Below, one piece after another: positions 60,551 to 64,000 of a stretch of 64,000 nucleotides of DNA. The notes beneath the pieces were generated by a model. It worked only from the letters and a program-made list of their open reading frames with translations. It made no database searches and was not told the origin of the DNA. Every line of letters begins with the position of its first letter. The first letter of the stretch is position 1. Origin of the DNA: Thermodesulfobacteriota bacterium (GTDB lineage: Bacteria > Desulfobacterota > Desulfarculia > JACQYL01). The stretch covers positions 4,288,001-4,352,000 of the forward strand of contig CAXXLZ010000002.1 of the NCBI GenBank assembly GCA_963675595.2. The letters are read 5' to 3'. The position numbers were made by a program, and so were the translations under genes.

Positions 60551-60823
60551 ATTAAGCGTAGCGCTCTTCGAGGCAAGGCGCCTCGAAGCAACGAAAATAC
60601 CGGGAGAATAAGGGACGGGTCGGCTGAGCATGCCGGCCCGTCCCTTTTCGTTTGGAGACAAAGTTGGTTGCGTCGAACCTGGGAAGGGAACAGGAACTCG
60701 TTGTTCGAGCCGCCTGGTGTTGATCGGTCGGTAATCGAGGCATCAGAACACCAAGTGTCGCCATTCTTTACAGTGGGTTGCATGGAGATGCTTAATGGTC
60801 TAATATATTTAGAGAATCAGGTC

Positions 60824-60839
60824 GGGCATGATCATTGCA
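60824..60839 (+). promoter_or_regulatory. Sigma54 promoter candidate
   Basis: gGGCATgatcaTTGCa. Confidence 0.6.
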
Positions 60840-60962
60840 TTACTTGATGACATGATGAGATGAACCGCTTGGTGGATGGAGTCGGTACCTTGGAACCCTG
60901 AATGAGGCTGAAGGACGCTTGAACCGGGTGACGGACAAAGAATAGGGAAGAGGAGGACGGAA

Positions 60963-61346
60963 ATGAAAGCTTTACGGTTTGCAGGTCTGATGATGATGCT
61001 CTGTTTGGTGGCGGGCGCTCCCGCCTACGTAGGGGCCGCCTATATTCCCGCCGACGGAGGTAGCGGCGCGGCGGATCCGGGCCCGGGGCTTCAAGGGTTC
61101 ATGCCCGACGGCGATGATTACGCGGGCAAGAGCCTGCTTGCCGGTGGTGCGGCCCAAACTCCGGAAGCGCCCGCAAGTTTGGGGGAGGTCCCGAGCATCG
61201 GCTGGTCCGACGGAAACGGCGAGGAAGGCATTCGACTCGACAAAGCAACGCCTGTGACCACACCCGAACCCGGCACCGTGGCCCTTCTGGGCATGGGAAT
61301 TCTGGGATTGGCGCTGGTCGGGCGAAAGAAACTGTTGAAAAAGTAG
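60963..61346 (+). CDS. Small PEP-CTERM protein
   Basis: Signal peptide; TPEPGTVALLGMGILGLALVGRKK. Confidence 0.9.
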   Translation: MKALRFAGLMMMLCLVAGAPAYVGAAYIPADGGSGAADPGPGLQGFMPDGDDYAGKSLLAGGAAQTPEAPASLGEVPSIGWSDGNGEEGIRLDKATPVTTPEPGTVALLGMGILGLALVGRKKLLKK

Positions 61347-62079
61347 GGTCGGTTCCGGTCGCCGGTACTTGCCTGCCGGGTACCGGATGAACGCCACATA
61401 AGAAGCGAGCGGGCGGTTACGTCCGTTCGCTTCCGCGTCTGCGGCCGTGGAAAGACCCGGCATTGGATCTCAAGGCCGCTTCATCGAGGGCACAATCGGG
61501 TGTCGAATTTTTTGTCATCCGCTGGGACTGCTTAGGGGTGGGTATGAATCGTTTCAATCGCCGAAGAACAGGACGTTTTTAAGCCGGCAGCGCCCACGAG
61601 CCGAAACGTGGAGTCTCCGAGAACGCCTTTTGGGGTGTCGGAAAGACTTACGGACCGGGGTTCGAAATAACGGGTCTCCGGGACCGCGTGTCGATGGGGA
61701 ATGTCGACTGTTTTTACAGACGGAAACCGATTGCTCTATTTTATTTCTTCATACGGGTACAGATTTTATTGATTCGATTATAATACAGGCCTTTCCCGTC
61801 TCATACTCGATAACCGAATGCGCCCAATGTATCCACGAAAACTAGAGCCGGGGTTGAGCATTTCCAGCCCGAGTGGACTCTCCGAGCCTTTGGAGCGTTG
61901 CATGGAGCGGAGGAGCCTCGGTTGAATGCTCTTGGCCCGGCGGTCTTTCATCACGTTCTTGCCTTTTCGGAAAATGCCGGTCAACGCCCAATTTCTTCGC
62001 TTTTCGATTTTCAGACCCTTTCCCGTTTCTCCGCGGGTTTCCCTTGACACCTCCCGGTTAAATTGATACTCAGCAGTTA

Positions 62080-62235
62080 CGTAGGTGCTGGAAGCTTAAA
62101 AGGGAACCCCGTGAAAACCGGGGACGGACCCGCCGCTGTGACCGGGGACGAAGCCCGCTGAACGCCACTTTCGGTCTGAGACCGTTGGGAAGGCGCGGGT
62201 GGTAGAATGATCCGGAAGTCAGAAGACCTGCCTAC
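62080..62235 (+). ncRNA. Cobalamin riboswitch
   Basis: AGGT...AAAAGGGAA.CCCGTGAAAACCGGG.CGG.CCCGCCGCTGT...GCCACT...GGGAAGG...AGTCAGAAGACCTGCC. Confidence 0.92.
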
Positions 62236-62300
62236 CGACCGGTTGCGCAAATCGTGGTAAGAACGCACCGGCCACATACGGGATGAAGAAGACGGGTGCA

Positions 62301-62339
62301 ATCCCCTAAGTCGTTGTTTTGGACTTAGGGGTTTTTTTG
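62301..62339 (+). terminator. Terminator downstream of the B12 riboswitch
   Basis: cccctaagtc...gacttagggg plus T-tract. Confidence 0.8.
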
Positions 62340-62591
62340 TGCCGTGCCATGTTCCAAACTCCTTAGCTCGGGACGCCGAAATTGCCAATCGGCGTCCCAC
62401 TTTTTACGGCACGGCGCGTATAAAACGCTGAGGACCCGCCAAGGCTCCTCGAACAGGCATACGGACCGAGATATCCAGGGAGCGCAAATCCCGGGGAACG
62501 AAACGCACATATGGAAGTACGTCGCAGTGATGCGGGATGAACGCAACAACGCGGATCGCGTCTTTCATTGGTCCGGTAAGAGGTCGTTGCC

Positions 62592-62933
62592 ATGGAGAAG
62601 AGATTGATGCGTGATTGTTCTCCGGTTGAAGTGCTGAGTATACGAGGGCGGGAGATCGTTTATTTTTCCTTGTTGTACCTGGATGCGGCCGAGAGGCCGA
62701 GAGTGGCCACGCTCATGCGCTTTCCCACCGGCTCGTCCTACCTTGCTTACAGGGAGTGCGGTTCTTTGAGAGAGCTGCGCTCGCTGACTCGGTGTGTTGC
62801 GGATGAAATCGCGCGGTTTTACGAGAGCCCCATTCGTGTGGAGCCTTCGAGTGAGCCCTGGGTGCATGCTTTGGGGGCTTGGTTGGAGGCGAGACGCGTG
62901 GAAAAGGAGGCCGGCGGCCTGTTGCTTCATTGA
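62592..62933 (+). CDS. Hypothetical protein (doubtful)
   Basis: Only plausible + strand ORF shortly after the riboswitch; no motif recognised. Confidence 0.3.
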   Translation: MEKRLMRDCSPVEVLSIRGREIVYFSLLYLDAAERPRVATLMRFPTGSSYLAYRECGSLRELRSLTRCVADEIARFYESPIRVEPSSEPWVHALGAWLEARRVEKEAGGLLLH

Positions 62934-63720
62934 GGAAACCGCTGATTCGAGCCGGACGTAGAGTTTCCGTAGCGCTTCCCCCGGATGTCGGCAGGTGCGG
63001 TTTATAGAGATTGTGATCCGGACCGTAAGCATTCACGGGGGAAACTTTCGAGAAAGTTTCCCTCTGTCCCCTTGTATAGCGTTTCAAGAGTGCCTCACCG
63101 CCTTCGGCGGAGAGGCTGCGGAAGAAAAGGGGTTGCTCGCTGATTTCCAGTGTCCTTTGATTAGCTGAATCGGCAAGAGCGAGCGGCATGTTCCGTCCAA
63201 CCTATTAAAACACCTGAAGGTTTTCAAAAAGGGTTCCCTCGGATCCCCTCTGAAGGCTCACACTTGGACCGAATTGTGCGACCGTTGATCTTCTTCGTCG
63301 GGGGCACCGGACCGGGCGGGCACATTTATAATATACTCAAAGTTCCATAATGGTCGGTTGCATCCGCAACTCTCCGTTTATTCTAAGCCTCAAACATGCA
63401 TCCGGGTTTTGTTCCCGCGATATGGAGGAACCCATGTCGCATAGGTGAACGACCATTCGTTTGCAGCCTTCCTCCTTGTGTGTCGAGGACCCTTGCCCAT
63501 TCTCTCCACATCGCGGCGAACCGCATAACAGCGTGAATTCTCTTGACAGGTTCAGTAGGGGATCGATAGACTTTTGACATTATTATGCGCGCGTTTGCGG
63601 GCTGGTACGCGCGACATAAGTATTTGAGGGTTTGGGGGATTTGATACTCCGAAGGATTCCCTCAAGCGGCCGACAAGCGGAACCATAATCTGCAACCTGA
63701 CGGGAAGAAGGAGAGACAAC

Positions 63721-64000
63721 ATGAAGAGTTTTGCAAAGCTGTTTTGTGTAGTCGCTTTGGCGGTGCTTCTGGGATTCACTTCCACTGCCTCGGCGCAAAT
63801 GGTCGCATGGGAATTGGATCATGAAAGTCTGGGCGTGAGCAAGGCCGTGGTTTCCGTGGTACCTGAATACCTTGGAGCCGGAGTCTACGAACTGGCCGGA
63901 TTCCTTTCCTACCGGACCATTGTTCCCGGGGCCGTGGAACAGACTCTTCCCGTGGACGGCGTAGGCGTCGTATTCAGCGGCGAGGTGCAGATTGCGCTGA
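63721..64000 (+). CDS. Secreted protein, 5' part (runs off the window)
   Basis: AGGAG SD; MKSFAKLFCVVALAVLLGFTSTASA signal peptide. Confidence 0.8.
   Translation, partial: MKSFAKLFCVVALAVLLGFTSTASAQMVAWELDHESLGVSKAVVSVVPEYLGAGVYELAGFLSYRTIVPGAVEQTLPVDGVGVVFSGEVQIAL

Overview
Bacterial window, moderately GC-rich. Gene content (sigma54-type promoters, PEP-CTERM/IPTL-CTERM exosortase targets, rubredoxin, TRAP transporter) suggests an anaerobic Desulfobacterota/deltaproteobacterium; this is an inference. (1) 1-17530 is the right part of an integrated element that ends in a duplicated tRNA-Phe 3' half. It carries an AAA ATPase, DUF2958, RadC, an SSB-like protein, a HerA/VirB4-like ATPase plus PD-(D/E)XK nuclease, and cargo: two VPxP-CTERM surface proteins (one behind a c-di-GMP-I riboswitch) and a hybrid histidine kinase. 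(2) 17.6-21.4 kb holds rubredoxin, a VOC gene, Y1/IS1634 transposase remnants, a HEPN-motif gene and hicB. (3) 21.7-27.2 kb is a MinD / ECF-S-HAMP / AdoHcyase-like / cupin operon. (4) 29-37 kb has a CoA transferase, an alpha/beta-hydrolase lipoprotein, an AbfD/HpaB-family gene with an in-frame TAG, and a thaumatin lipoprotein. (5) 37-43 kb has duplicated IPTL-CTERM proteins with a GNAT-like gene and a phosphatase-TPR-sulfotransferase fusion. (6) 43.5-46.7 kb is a TRAP transporter. (7) 48.6-55.7 kb has three secreted proteins sharing cohesin-like and dockerin-like modules, one of them an M12 protease. (8) The remainder has more PEP-CTERM genes, an IS3 nested in an IS4, and a cobalamin riboswitch. 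All family calls come from motif recognition by eye; no database search was run.
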